64,000 bases of DNA, from NCBI RefSeq assembly GCF_009914755.1, contig NC_060932.1; one strand, 5' to 3'. The notes below the pieces were generated by a model. It did not search any database. It saw only the letters and a program-made list of their open reading frames with translations, and was not told the DNA's origin. Numbering within the stretch: the first letter of the stretch is position 1; every line of letters starts with the position of its first letter. Position numbers and translations under genes: made by a program. This DNA is from the human T2T-CHM13v2.0 reference genome, Homo sapiens. Below, piece by piece: positions 48,481 to 62,949 of the stretch.

Positions 48481-50377
48481 CTGGTAAATGTAAGCTCACC
48501 CTGAATTTGGTGAGCCATCATAGCAAATTAATGGAACCCAAAGAGAGGGTCATGGGGACTCCCATTTATACCAGGAGTCAGAAGTATAAGTGACAACCTA
48601 CTTCTGGTGAAGCCAATAGGTGACTGGCTTCTGAAGTTGGGGGCAGTCTTGTGGGACTGAGCTCTTAACCTGTGGGATTTTATGCTGTCTCTAGATAGAT
48701 AGTGACAGAATTGAATTAAATTAGATGACACCTACTTGGGGTCTCCTAGAGAATTGATTGTTGGTGGAAAGAAATCTACATACATTTTGGTAACCAGATG
48801 TGAAGTGTTCTGTGTATTGAATATAAGACCAGGAAAAACTGTTTGCTTGTTTTTTTAATCTCTTACACACTAGTCTAGGCCTAAATGTCTCATTTCAGTC
48901 TAAATTTGTCTGACTTCTGGGTTTGATGAACCAGTCTTTGTTCAGTTCTCTTACCTCAGGGGGAGTCGTATGAATAATTATACTTATGTAAAAACTTTTA
49001 CCTTCATTGCTAACTAGGAAAAAGAAAAATTCAAAGACAGAACACCAGCTTAGAAAGAAGATAACAATGCTACTTGTTGATTGATTTCCATATGGAAAGG
49101 AAAGAGTTATTGGCCTCAACCAACATATTCATTTGAAAGAGAAGCATGGGTAGACATGTTACAAGTTAGCAGGTTTGTGTCTTTGGCTCTGGTGCCTGTA
49201 AAATAAAATTGTAGGACCAGATTTGAGTTACAGATATTAATGGAGTCATTTAATTGAACATAATTTTCATTAATAGATGTTCAGAACTCATGTTGACATA
49301 AAGCAATAAACTAAATCAATGGAACCCTCTGTTAAATAGCTCTCGTGACATAAAGAAAATGAGCTAGTCTGTGGTACATTTTCTATATTTACAACTGTTT
49401 AATGAGTAGAAGTCCTTGGATGTAAAAAATCTGTTTTCCAGAAGATACTGGGAAACATTCCAAAGAGAACCGGATTCTCAAACAAGAAAAAAAAAAGAAA
49501 AGAAGTGTCATGGTGTATCATATATTCACTACATTAAGATATTTAAACTTCAGGAAATTAAACCCTAGTTGAAAAAACACAATTTTCTAAATAATAGCAG
49601 GATAATTATGATGAAAAACTTTATCCAAACATACCTACTCCAAAGAAATTACAGTAAGTGCCTCTTGTCGTAAGTTAAATTTTAAGTGGCGAAGAGTCTT
49701 TTAACTTGTACTATTTTAGTCACATCTATTCCCATCAGTCACATTAAATCTACATTAAACAAAACTAATTGCACACACATCTTTGTGCTGAAAGCACAAC
49801 CCTTTCTTATGTAGACTCTTATATCTTGAATTCTGCCTGATTTGTCTAGGAACCAAAGTATATCAGTTTTCTGCATATAAATTTTAAAAGAAGATACAAC
49901 CCAGCACTGTAATATACAAGTTAAACCTTCTTTCATCCTCAACATTGGTGGAAGACATTTTATTTTCTTTAAGAACTCTGATTAATACTCTTAGAAACTA
50001 GTATGTAACTCATCATAGAGCCCAACATTTAAGAGTAAGAAGCATATATTTCTTCTTTGAAAACCTAAACCCATTCCTTGGTCTTTCATGTTTTATGGAC
50101 AACTGCAGAGGAACAATTAATGGTCATTGGTCAAATCTAATGGATGTTTTTTTGTTACACATGAGGTACTACATGTAAAAAATTAAACCCTTGTGGGCAT
50201 TTTGTAATTTTAAAATTCTAGGAATTTAAAACCACTATTATAAAGGTTTAGAACCACTCTACTGTTTCATAAACAGTTATATATAGTCATAATGCCAATA
50301 CACCACATCAGTTTAAAATAAACATATTTCCCTATGCCATTTTTATAGCAGTAATTTGGCAATAGCAGAAATAAAAC

Positions 50378-50401
50378 GTGTGTGTGTGTGTGTGTGTGTG
50401 T
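50378..50401. repeat. (TG)n microsatellite
   Basis: Directly visible. Confidence 0.9.
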
Positions 50402-50693
50402 ATGTACATATTAGTAACAGAAATTATAATGTATATTTGTAAGTCTGTATTGAGTGCTTACAACTCTGTTTTTGGAGTTTTACATGACACATTTAGCTTG
50501 TTTTATACAGAAAAGTCTCAAAAACATGAAATTTTTCGAGCAACAGGAATTCATTCAAATATGCAGTTGGAAACTAATCCTGCTCTGTTTTAGACATGCA
50601 GATTAGTGCTCCTCATGATTCCCACACCCAGGTTGAGCTGTAACCACAGCATTGAAAGATAAGTCATCAAAACACTTGTTAATTATCCATAAT

Positions 50694-50906
50694 TGAGAAC
50701 ACATGGACACATGGCAGAGAACAACACACACTGGGGCCTGTCGAGGGGCTCGGGGAGGGAGAGCATCAACAAGAATAGCTAATGCATGCTGGGCTTAATA
50801 CCTAGGTGATGGGTCGATACATGCAGCACACCACCATTGCACACGTTTACCTATGTAACAAACCTGCACATGTACCCTGGAACTTAAATAAAAGTTGAAC
50901 AAAAAA
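50694..50906 (+). mobile_element. L1PB/old L1PA 3' end
   Basis: GAGAACACATGGACAC...GCTTAATACCTAGGTGATGGG...AACCTGCACATGTACCC. Confidence 0.85.
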
Positions 50907-51733
50907 GAAATGAATAAATAAAATGTTTAAACAGACTTTCTCAAATTAAAACTTTTGGTCTGAGAGAGACCTTAGTAAGAGAATAAATGGGCAAAAATAT
51001 GAAAAGCCATTTTACTGAAGCAGGTACACTGAACAAATAGCCAAATGAAAAGATTTTCAACATTACCATCCATCAAGTCAGACCTCAGCCTCTTCTGCTT
51101 CCTCCATGTGAAATCCTGTTTGCTTGCCTGAAATATTAATGTTATTAATGAATTTTCATACCAATAAGGGAAAACAACAGGTGCTTCAATATATCCAACC
51201 TTCAAATATATTGTGATATTTTTCTTTTTCATTAATTTTTTTTTTTTTGCTTGGGGAATTCATAGAGTTGTTTCAAAAGAAAACTGTAGGGATGATTCCA
51301 CAACTCTGTAAATGTACTAAAAAGTTTATTAAATTGTATACTGAATATGAAAAAAAATGATCCATAACCTTCTTCTAGAGCCTACTCAGGCTTCTAAGTC
51401 AGAATTCAGGCCACTGTACCTGGTCTACAGTTCCAGAAAACTTGTAAGGTGTGTTTCTCTTTTCTTCAGAGTTCAAAAAATGAATATAAAGCAAAGTCTT
51501 TCATATCCTGGCCAAGAAAACATTTGTGTCTCACTTGTCTACACAAACTCAAAATCAGCAGTTCCCAGTACTCAACACTTCTTTGCACCCCCCGGGAGAA
51601 TCTATTTGCACCAAATACATTTCTGAGAGAGACTAATTTTAATAGAGATTTTATAAAAGAGGAAATAAGGATTTTATATCAATCTCTGCCACATACCCTG
51701 TGACATATAGTTTCATAAGTACCTATCTGAGAA

Positions 51734-52056
<323 letters not shown>

Positions 52057-52956
52057 CTAGTTCCTCTGGCAGCTCTCCTAGCTCTCAACTCAGAAAGAAG
52101 GCAATTTTCCTATTCCTGTCTCCTTCTACCACTTGAAACCTGCGCTTTGGTGCCATAATGCAAAAAGTTCATCATAACTTCATTGCAACCAAACTGGCTT
52201 TCTGTGTAACGAAAGTGTCTTAGCAACTGAGAACAAACAGGCCCTTTGCAAAATCTGCAGTAATTAATGATAGGTATCATTGGTTTTTTTTATTAAAGAG
52301 CACCCATTTTTTTGTCCTTCTATTCACCTAGATCTCAAACAGCTACTCATAAAAAATTTTAGAAGCACCCTCTTGGTTAGCTGAGCTTACCAAATTCCTC
52401 AAAAATGAAAAGGGCATTCAGTCACTTGGCTCTCATATTGTAGTAACCAACATGAAGTAACCAACCAATATAAAATGTCCCTAATGTATTTAGCAAAGAT
52501 GGATGAAGGCAAAGAGGACATCTAGTGTCATCCAGCTATGAACTCACGTAGGTTTGGCAATGTCTGCACTAGAAGTATTTATCATGTTTTTTGTATTTTT
52601 TTAAGGGGCCTACCAGAGAAAGATCTTGTTTTTGAGAGATGTATGAGCATCCCAGATTCTGTTTAGTGCATTCTTTGAGTGTAGAATCACCCAAGCATAT
52701 TCAGCCTCAAAGACACTTGGTGATTTGGAATGCTCCCCAAGCCATTTATCTCCAAGGGCCAAACCACACCTTCAAACTCGTATTTAAAGCTCTGTAAATT
52801 TTTGGTCAGGTCATATGTCAATGGGAGAATATTTCTTTCTTTTTAATTCATTCAGCAGTACTTATTTTATAAATATTTATGGAGCACCTGTGATGTTCAG
52901 ATGCTATACTAGATGCTGGACCACAGAAATGATCCCCACCTGCTCTGGTTAGTTTG

Positions 52957-53795
52957 TGTTTGCACATTGAAATTCATCTCTGCCCCTCCCCACCCTTCCT
53001 TGAGCCCTAAGAGGCTGACCTCTTAGGACCATGTCAGCAGGGCTGTGTTTGTTTTCTGGTTTCCTGTTGGGTTTGTCCAGTGAGAGATGCTGACGGAAAA
53101 AAGAGGAGAAGTCAGGGTATTTATTCTCTCTGATCCTTATGTCATAGGCTGCGAATTGGCTGAGGCTAAATTCCAACCCAGAACCATAGCTCCTGCTTCT
53201 TCAGGTCTCACTGGTTTTGTTAGAAGTTGACTTTCTTGCCTCTTTAGGCATAGAGGTAGTAATTACCTGTCTCTGTTGGTAATCGCTGGGTGTTTTATCA
53301 TCTCTGGTTAGTTCCCATAATCTTGTCCACACCTGTATTAGTCTGTTCTCATGCTGCTGATAAAGAAATACCTGAGACTGGGCCATTTACAAAGGAAAGA
53401 GGTTTAATGGAGAACTCACAGTTCCATGTGACTGGGGAAGCCTCACAATCATAGTGGAAGGCAAGGAGGAGTAAGTCACATCCTATGTGGATGGCAGCAG
53501 GCAAAGAGAGAGCTTGTGCAGAGAAACTTCCATTCTTAAAAACCATCAGATCTTTCGAGACTCATTTACTACCATGAGAACAGCACAGGAAAGACCCACC
53601 CCCATAATGTAATTACCTCCCACTGAGTTCCTCCCCGGACATGTGGGAATTGTGGGAGTTACAATTCAAGATGAGATTTAGGTGGGGACATAGCCAAACC
53701 ATATCAACACCTTAGTAAATAATTCTTTTTTTACACTCCCTTCATATACCCCTTTTGTATGCCATCCTTTTTCTACTGAGGCCATGTCTAATATA
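52957..53795. mobile_element. LTR33-like ERVL LTR split by a THE1 LTR
   Basis: GAGGCTGACCTCT...TCTGGTTTCCTGTTGGGTTTG...GTCAGGGTATTTATTC motifs. Confidence 0.65.
53334..53706 (-). mobile_element. THE1 (THE1B-like) solo LTR
   Basis: TGTATTAGTC...AAACCATATCA; perfect TSD ACACC (53329-53333, 53707-53711). Confidence 0.93.
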
Positions 53796-53812
53796 CCTCT
53801 CTTGAGAACTAG

Positions 53813-54116
<304 letters not shown>

Positions 54117-54191
54117 GAGAACTAGTCTCATAGAGAACCAGATATAGAAGCAAACAATGTTTTATACCTAATGCTGCAGTTAAATAAAAGT

Positions 54192-54520
54192 CCCGGTGGG
54201 TCATGCCTGTAATCCCAACACTTTGGGAGGCCGAGGTGGGCAGATCACGAGGTCAAGAGATGGAGACCATCCTGGCCAACATGGCGAAACCACATCTCTA
54301 CTAAGAATACAAAAATTAGTTGGGTGTGGTGGCACGCACCTGTAGTCCCAGCTACTCAGGAGGCTAGGCAGGAGAATTGCTTGAACCTGGGAGGCGGAGT
54401 TTGCAGTGAGCCAAGATCACACCACTGCACTCTACATTCCAGCCTGGCAACAGAGCGAGACTCCATCTCAAAAAACAAAAACAAAAACAAAAACAAAAAC
54501 AAAAACAACAACAAAAAAAA
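54192..54520 (+). mobile_element. AluSc-like with (CAAAAA)n tail
   Basis: GGTCAAGAGATGGAGACCATCCTGGCCAAC diagnostic; degenerate 5' end. Confidence 0.92.
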
Positions 54521-54544
54521 CTGATAAAAACTGACAAACTTAGC

Positions 54545-54840
54545 TAGTAAACAAACTCTTCTGTTACTTTTTGTTCCTTCCTGCCTGGAATGCAGATTCA
54601 ATGTCTGGAAGTACAGCAGTCATCCCAAGACAATGAGAACTAAAGTCGTTTCACAAGATGCAACGTATGGAATGAAATGGAATGGGAACGTAGAAGGACA
54701 TCTGGGCTTTGATAACTTCCACAAACAGATAGTCTGGACAGAAACTGCTTATGTCTCAGCATCTTATGTGAAGAAAACAAACCCTGTCTGCTTAACTTAT
54801 TGCAGCCTGGTTTCTGATACATGGAGTTGATGAAACTCCA
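54545..54840 (+). mobile_element. MLT1 LTR fragment
   Basis: CCTTCCTGCCTGGAATGCAGA...TTATGTGAAGAAAACAAACCC. Confidence 0.6.
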
Positions 54841-55099
54841 TCTGGTTTGCTGAGTTTCTTAGGGCAGCAACAGGAATTTGTCATGCAGACTAGGTAAGGA
54901 GTCATGTATAAAGACATGACCTAGCATTGTAAACAAAGAAAAGAAGTTCTGAATGGCAATGGCTGGACCCAGCAATAGCATTTATGTGGCAGGGAAGGAG
55001 GAGGGTGGGAGAAGAAATGAGGTTGAGGTTGAAAGATAGGGAAAAAGCATCTTACCTACTGTGTCAAAGGAGTTTAGGTTTTATTATGCTAGTAAGAAA

Positions 55100-56150
55100 G
55101 CGTATCAATTTCAATGCTTTCAGCAGCAAGTAACAGAATACCCAGTAAAGACAGCTTAAGTGATACAGACGTTTATTTGCACACATTTAGTAAGAGGTCC
55201 ATATGTAGGGAGTTACAAGGTAGATTCAGAGACTCACTAATATAATCATCTATGGTGGTTTCCTCTGTGATTCTCTTAGCTTTCCATTCCTGGAAGCATT
55301 TGGCAGTCATACTTCAGACAGGCATCACATCCAAAAGGCAAGAAACGGGGACTACAAACTAAGCATCTTTCTTCTCTCCCTGTTTTATTTTTATCAAGGA
55401 GGAACCTCTTTGCCAGAAACTCTCATCATACTTTCCCACAGGTTTGACTAGCAGAACTAGATCACATTCCTCTAAACTGACCATTGGCAAATGGGAGTGT
55501 TGTTAACGAAAGTAACAGCATATGTTAATGTTTGCTCAATATCTTTTCTTACCTTTCTGTTCATCTTCTCAGTGAGAAAACTTTTGGCGGAGTACATGAT
55601 GACCTAGAATAAAGAGTATGTTTCCCAGACTCCCCTTGCAACAAGTTTTGACCCTGTGACTAAGTTCTAGCCAATGGGTTGTAAAAGACAAATTAAGTGG
55701 AACCTTCTAGAAGCTTTTCTTAAAAGATTGGAATGCTTCCTTTTTTTAATTCCTTGTTCTTTCTTGCTGTCCGGAAGGCAGGTGTGATTTTGACAGCTTG
55801 AACAGACACTCGGGTCCATGAAATGACTTAAAGGATGGAACCAAGGTAGACCTCCAAGATAGAAGGAGCTTTGGTTCCTGAGGACTTTGTAAACATAGAT
55901 TTGCCATGCCAGCTTCAAACCGTCCACTTTTGGAAATTACCATAAAAATGAAATAACATTCCATTGTACAGTATTTAAGTTGCTATTATTTTTATTCTCT
56001 GTTATTTGCAGCCAAATCTAATACCAACTAATGACTTAAACTGTTTGTGGTTTATTTTCCTGGTCAGAAAGTGGGAACCACTTCCCCTAAGCACATTGGT
56101 GACTCAGAATGCCTCTACAAAAGAATGATTCTTTTAGCAAAAAGAAGAGA
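55100..56150. mobile_element. nested MLT1 LTRs (older MLT1K-like split by MLT1G/H-like at about 55520-56035)
   Basis: GCAAGTAACAGAA start; inner copy has TTTCCCAGACTCCCCTTGCA...GTGACTAAGTTCTAGCCAATGG. Confidence 0.6.
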
Positions 56151-57099
56151 GTGTAAAATGGAGCATTACTATTCTTAAATGTCTGAAAGGCCATTCTGCA
56201 ATGTGTATGGAACAAACAGAAACTAAGAGGAACAGATGTAGAAGGTTGAGAGCAGGGTTTTGAGAACAGCCTTGGACAGTATAAACAGGAATGGAGGAAC
56301 AGGAATAGCCATGAGCTATTGATTGGATAACAGGGGGGTTGGAGAGAGAGGGAAAAGAAAAGATGATATCAAAATTGCAATCACAGTAAAGTAAAGTAGA
56401 TATAAAAACACAGCATTCTGCACTCTAGTGGTTTCTTGTTGGAAGAAAAAATTCAATTGATCAAAACTTTCACTAAGTATTTACTACATGCCAAACATAG
56501 ATGTTTGCTTTTTTTAACCATATATTGGAGTTGGGTAAGGAAATCTGTTTATAAATAAAAGCTAATCAGGACTTTTGATAATTAGACCAGGCGCTAAGTG
56601 GAGAACAGGTAACTACATACAGAATGAGTCCTGCCTTCAAGGAGCTCACTATTCAGTGAGATACATGAGATACACATGCCTGGCACAGACGAGATGTTCA
56701 ATGTTGCTCTCTAGAATGAATGACATGTTCACACAGAGTTATAAAATGGAATAGTAATGCATGGTTTGTGGTTCAAATATTTTGGAGAGCACAAAGGAGA
56801 AATGTGATAGTTCTATCTAGATGAACAGAGAAGTCTTTAAAGGGAGGTGACTGTTGACTTTTTGTGACTTAGTTCATCTCTTGCCTTTATTATTTTTTCT
56901 CTGCTTCTTTGTTCCACTTCCTTAATCATTTCAAGCAGTCTCAAGATAGATTATTTTTTAAAAATGTAGATCTGAACAGCCAGTGAGCTATATATTGATG
57001 ATAATCTAAATTCATGTTAAAATGTTATTGCTTAACATGGATTAATTTAATCGGCTATGATTTATTATGCTCCCATTATGTGCCAGAATTTTGATAGTA

Positions 57100-57614
57100 C
57101 ATTAGTCCCCCTTATCTGTGGTTTTGCTTTCCAAGGTTTCAGTTACTGGTGGTCAACCTCAGTCCAAAAATATTAAATAGAAAATTCCAGAAAGAAACAA
57201 TACATAATTTTAAATTGAGCACCTTCTGAGTAGCATGATGAAATCTCGCTTTGTCCACCCAGGGCATGAATCCTCCCTGTGTCCAGCTTATCCACGCTGT
57301 GTATGCTACCCACTCATTAGCCACTTAGCTCCACCTAGGCTATCAGATCAACTGTTCTGGTATTGAAGTGAACCCTCATTTTACTTAATAATGGCCCCAA
57401 AGTGCAAGAGTAGTGATGCTGGAATATTGTTATGATTGTCCTTTTTTTATTAGTTATCGTTGTTAATTTCTTACTATACTTAATTTATAAATTGAACTTT
57501 TTCATGGGCATATGTAAGAAAAAAGTAGCATATGTAGGTTTTGGTACTGATTGTGGTTTCAGACATCCACTAGGGTGGTTGGAACATATCCCCTGGGGAC
57601 AAGGGGGTCTACTG
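57100..57614. mobile_element. MER44 (Tigger7-derived MITE)
   Basis: TIRs CATTAGTCCCCCTTATC / GACAAGGGGGTCTACTG, with a TA TSD on both sides. Confidence 0.88.
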
Positions 57615-57632
57615 TAGTTTTTGTACCCAGGC

Positions 57633-57889
57633 TTTTTTTTTTTTTAATTATACTTTAAGTTTTAGGGTACATGTGCACATTGTGCAGGTTAGTTACATAT
57701 GTATACATGTGCCATGCTGGTGCACTGCACCCACTAACTCGTCATCTAGCATTAGGTATATCTCCCAATGCCATCCCTCCCCCCTCCCCCGACCCCACAA
57801 CAGTCCCCAGAGTGTGATATTCCCCTTCCTGTGTCCATGTGATCTCATTGTTCAGTTCCCACCTATGAGTGAGAATATGCGGTGTTTGG
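57633..57889 (-). mobile_element. young L1PA2-like 3' fragment
   Basis: Perfect 17-bp TSD TTTGTACCCAGGCTTTT (57620-57636, 57890-57906); near-consensus 3' UTR. Confidence 0.93.
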
Positions 57890-57939
57890 TTTGTACCCAG
57901 GCTTTTATTTAACATTTCTAATAAACTATAAAGTAAACA

Positions 57940-58670
<731 letters not shown>

Positions 58671-58749
58671 TAAAAATTGTAAGTTTGATTCCTACGGAAG
58701 AAAGAGGGAATGAATATTGATGGATGTGGTCGTCTCTAGTGCAATTATA

Positions 58750-58890
58750 ACTCTCATTTTTACAGATGAGGAAATGAACACTCACAGGGTGACTTATTCC
58801 TGATAACACATCTGGTTTGTGTCAGACCCAGGATATGAATTCCTTTCTTCTTGATCCAAATTCACCACTGATTTCACTACATAACATCAG
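58750..58890 (-). mobile_element. MIR
   Basis: CATTTTTACAGATGAGGAAATGA core. Confidence 0.7.
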
Positions 58891-61197
58891 CTTCCATCAG
58901 TTGAAATGTGAAATGGCTCCTTTTTTACAATTTTTCCTTCTCAGATCTGACACAGTTATAAGTTAGAAAAAAAATTTTTTAACAAGTAAATACAGTGAAT
59001 ATGTCACATCAACCATTATTCTAGTCGTTGATTTTCTTATTTTTGTGTAATGTATTAAAATCTGAATAATAATTTCTAGGTTAGTCCTATTTTCTTCATT
59101 ATTTTTTATCTTGCTTCATTATTCTGATTGATACCAATGTAAATTTTTTGGGTTTCCTTTATCCCCAATACTATGTACCTAATACCTGATGGTTCTGGTA
59201 TAAAATTACACAGTGTCCTGAAGCGTGCCTTACCATTTCCTCCTGCGTCGTATCCTATAGACAAATCCATCCACCATGGCAGTTTTACATGAGTCACATT
59301 TGCCTTTTTTCATCCCCCTCACCCCTGCTAAACGTTTTGAAAGACTCTTAAATGACTTCAGTGATCCTCTCATAGAACTCTTAAATCCAGGAGCCTAAAG
59401 GCCTCTGAATCCTTATGAAAAATGTTGGTTGCATTTTTCAGATTATAAAGACCTGGTGTTCCAATAATTCTAAAATCCATTTTAAAGTAATTTCCCTTCT
59501 TTTCAATATTCTTTATACTAACCATCTCATCTATCTGCTGTATCAAAGCCATAATATTTGTCAACATTCTCAGACTATCCAAGACCTGAACTCCTAATGC
59601 CATCACATATTCTGCTATTCTCCTTGTCACAGTCATCTTCCCTGCAGCTCCTGACATCTGGAACCATCTCCTACAACTCCTGGACACTTCATCAATCTTC
59701 CAATCTCATAATATAAAAAAAGAAATCTTGCCAGCCAAATGACTACAATTTCTTTCCCTTTATATTTGAAATGTTTTCTTATCTAACTCCCAGGAATATT
59801 GTGTAATACAAAACTTCCATTGTTTGGTGAACTAGCAAGTACGTAATTTAATTTGTAAAATAACAAAATAACAAGTACTTAAATCTGAAAGCAAGCATTT
59901 CTCAATGAATTTGGAGGTTTTTGGGTTTGTTTTTTGTTGTTGTTTTTTTTTTTTTTTTTGGCAGGGGATGGGAAGGGGAGGTCAAGTATGGGCCCTTTCT
60001 TGAATCATTCCTGTTAACAAAGTGATGTAAACTGATACCTACATACTTTGCTATTGTTAAAAGAGAGGAATGAATACATCATGGATTTTGTCATTTACTA
60101 AACTCAAAATGGACAATAATGGAGCACCTCCAAGCAAGTAGGAAACTGTAATATAAAAGAGGTGTTCTGCCGAAAATGTAAAATACGAGACCACAGATCA
60201 AATGGTTTAGGAACAGCATCAGGTCTCAGGAGAATGTTTCCCCTATGGACATACATTAGTGACTTAATGACAGTGCTTTTTGACAGTTTAAACCGTATAA
60301 ATGATTTCACACTATTCTTCTCCCTGGAAAAAAATACTTTCCGAGCCTGAAGACTGGATGAAAACATCTATTAGCAAGAAAATAACCAAATGACCCAGTC
60401 ATTTATTATTTTTTTATTAAACCTATTGGTGCAAAATTTGTTTTATTTTGACAGGGTCACTGAAAATACTTCAACAGAAAATGATTGGAAAGAAGTTGTT
60501 GTGTTTTTTCCTCCAAACATTTTAATCTAAGATGGTCGCTTTACATTGTGGGAAAATATCAAGATTATGTTTGGAGGATCGTTTAAAGAATCTAGCCTTT
60601 AAAAGTTGACTCTCAAAGCCACGGGTATAATTAAGGTGATCCTGAAACTAACTCTCTCCTTTGTTTATTTTAAATATTTATTATATCCAACAACTTAATT
60701 CTCTTCCTATTTCATCTCTTCATGGAATTCTTTAAATTACTAGGTACTCGTGATAAATATAAGAATATTCTATCACAATTTCTTTACAAAAGTTTAAATG
60801 TTTTATGATATCTTTGTTTTGTCTATCAAATGACTTGCATAAAAGGCAATAACTTTTTCTTTTAAATAAGTTTTTCCTCCTATTTATTTAAATTAGTTAA
60901 CAAAAAAAACCTGAATATAATTGTCAAAATGATATTCTTAATCACATTCTCATTTTAAGTAAACAGAATATGCAACAATCGGGACTTACAAAACTATTAT
61001 TTTCATAACTAATTAGATCTCTAGTTTCATTTTAATATGATCTGAATTTATAGGCCTTCAATATATCTGTACTTTTAGTAATACAAAGAAAAATGCAAAT
61101 GTTTTGAATGAAAAATTGCCTGTTTTTTAAGCCAAGATGTAATTCATAGCATTTGAGAATTTACACTAGAAATATTCTTTGCTCAGTCTTAAAATAA

Positions 61198-61598
61198 TGT
61201 CAAAGAGTGATTAGCGCTGTTCACCAAATGTTTCTAATTCTCTGCCTTCTGACTCATAATAGGATTGCACTTCCTACTTTACTTGTTTTAGGACCATGTG
61301 ACTAGTTTTGACCAAGGAGCTGTGAGTCGAAATCATCTTCTAGTCTGAGTATTTAATTGCTGGTGAGAGAGACCCTCCTTGAGGTCTTCTCTTTCAGCAA
61401 GGTGACCCATAAAGTTGGAGATGGTGGCTTCTCTGTCAACCCAGGCCTCTAAGTGACTATGTTGTGTTGAGTTCCCTTCTGACCAAAGATGGAGATGTAA
61501 TGTGAGCCAGAAATAATCTTTACTGCCTTAAAACACAGAGTTATGGGGGTAGGTTTTTTTTACTTTTTACCATAGCAGAATCTATCCTGATTAAAATA
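61198..61598 (+). mobile_element. MLT1 (MLT1I-like) LTR
   Basis: GGATTGCACTTCC...CCATGTGACTAGTTTTGACCAA...TGTGAGCCAGAAATAA...CATAGCAGAATCTATCCTGA. Confidence 0.7.
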
Positions 61599-61723
61599 GA
61601 ATGCTTGGACTATTAAAATGTTACTGTCTCTATTTTTTCAGCCCCTATACCTATTTACTTAACCGTGACACTTGGTCTACTTTAAGAAAAGTTTGTAAAG
61701 ATATAATAAAAATATATACAGAT

Positions 61724-62011
61724 GGCTGGGCGCAGTGGCTCATGCCTGTAATACCAGCACTTTGGGAGGCCGAGGAGGACGGATCATGAGGTCAGGAGAT
61801 CGAGACCATCCTGGCTAACACGGTGAAACCCTGTCTCTACTAAAAAACACAAAAAATTAGCCAGGCATGGTGGCAGGTGCCTGTAGTCTCAGCTACTTGG
61901 GAGGCTGAGGCAGAATGGCATGAACCTGGGAGGCGGAGCTTGCAGTGAGCTGAGATTGCGCCATGCACTCCAGCCTGGGCAACAGAATGAGACTCCATCT
62001 CAAAAAATAAA

Positions 62012-62013
<2 letters not shown>
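61724..62013 (+). mobile_element. AluY
   Basis: AGGAGATCGAGACCATCCTGGCTAACACGG and GAGCTTGCAG. Confidence 0.95.
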
Positions 62014-62082
<69 letters not shown>

Positions 62083-62090
62083 TAGATACA
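62014..62090. repeat. compound (GATA)n(GACA)n tetranucleotide STR
   Basis: Directly visible at the end of the Alu tail. Confidence 0.95.
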
Positions 62091-62576
62091 GAGAGAACAG
62101 TGAACTAAAAGCTCAGAAAGAAATTTTTAACATAATAACACAAGAAAGCACAGAAATAAGTCTATTTCAGAATGCCTTTTCTTAGTTACTTCTTAGCAAT
62201 GGCACATTAAAAAATAAAATCATATACAGCAATGTAGAAAGAAAACAAAATAATTACTCCTTAGACCTGATCACATAATCATATTGACATTTTGATGTTT
62301 CTTGTCCATCTTTTCCTATGCATAGTCACTATGTGCATGCATTTACAAATTTAATAATGTACTGTTTGAATTAAAGAATTTATTTAATAAAACATAAAAA
62401 CCAAGCGGAAATGTATTTAAATATTCAACTGAGTTTATGGAAATGAAGGCTTTTCTTAGCATAAATATAAAGTGAAAACCACTGACAAAATTAATTACAT
62501 TAAACTTTAAACTCATGAATGTCAAAAACATCCTAAAAAGGCTATGACAAAATGTACTTGTATAGCCTAAAATTAA

Positions 62577-62949
<373 letters not shown>

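Larger units (their letters stand above)
45434..48869 (+). mobile_element. second MER21 LTR, split by a THE1 provirus
   Basis: TTCCTGACACAGAGCTCC...CCTATGCATCTCTTCCATCTAGCTGTTCATCTG before THE1; resumes after it and ends ...CTTACACA. Confidence 0.85.

Noticed and set aside
59271-59398. Plus-strand CCACCATGG with a 40-codon ORF
   Set aside because: Short, no recognisable homology or promoter context; expected by chance.
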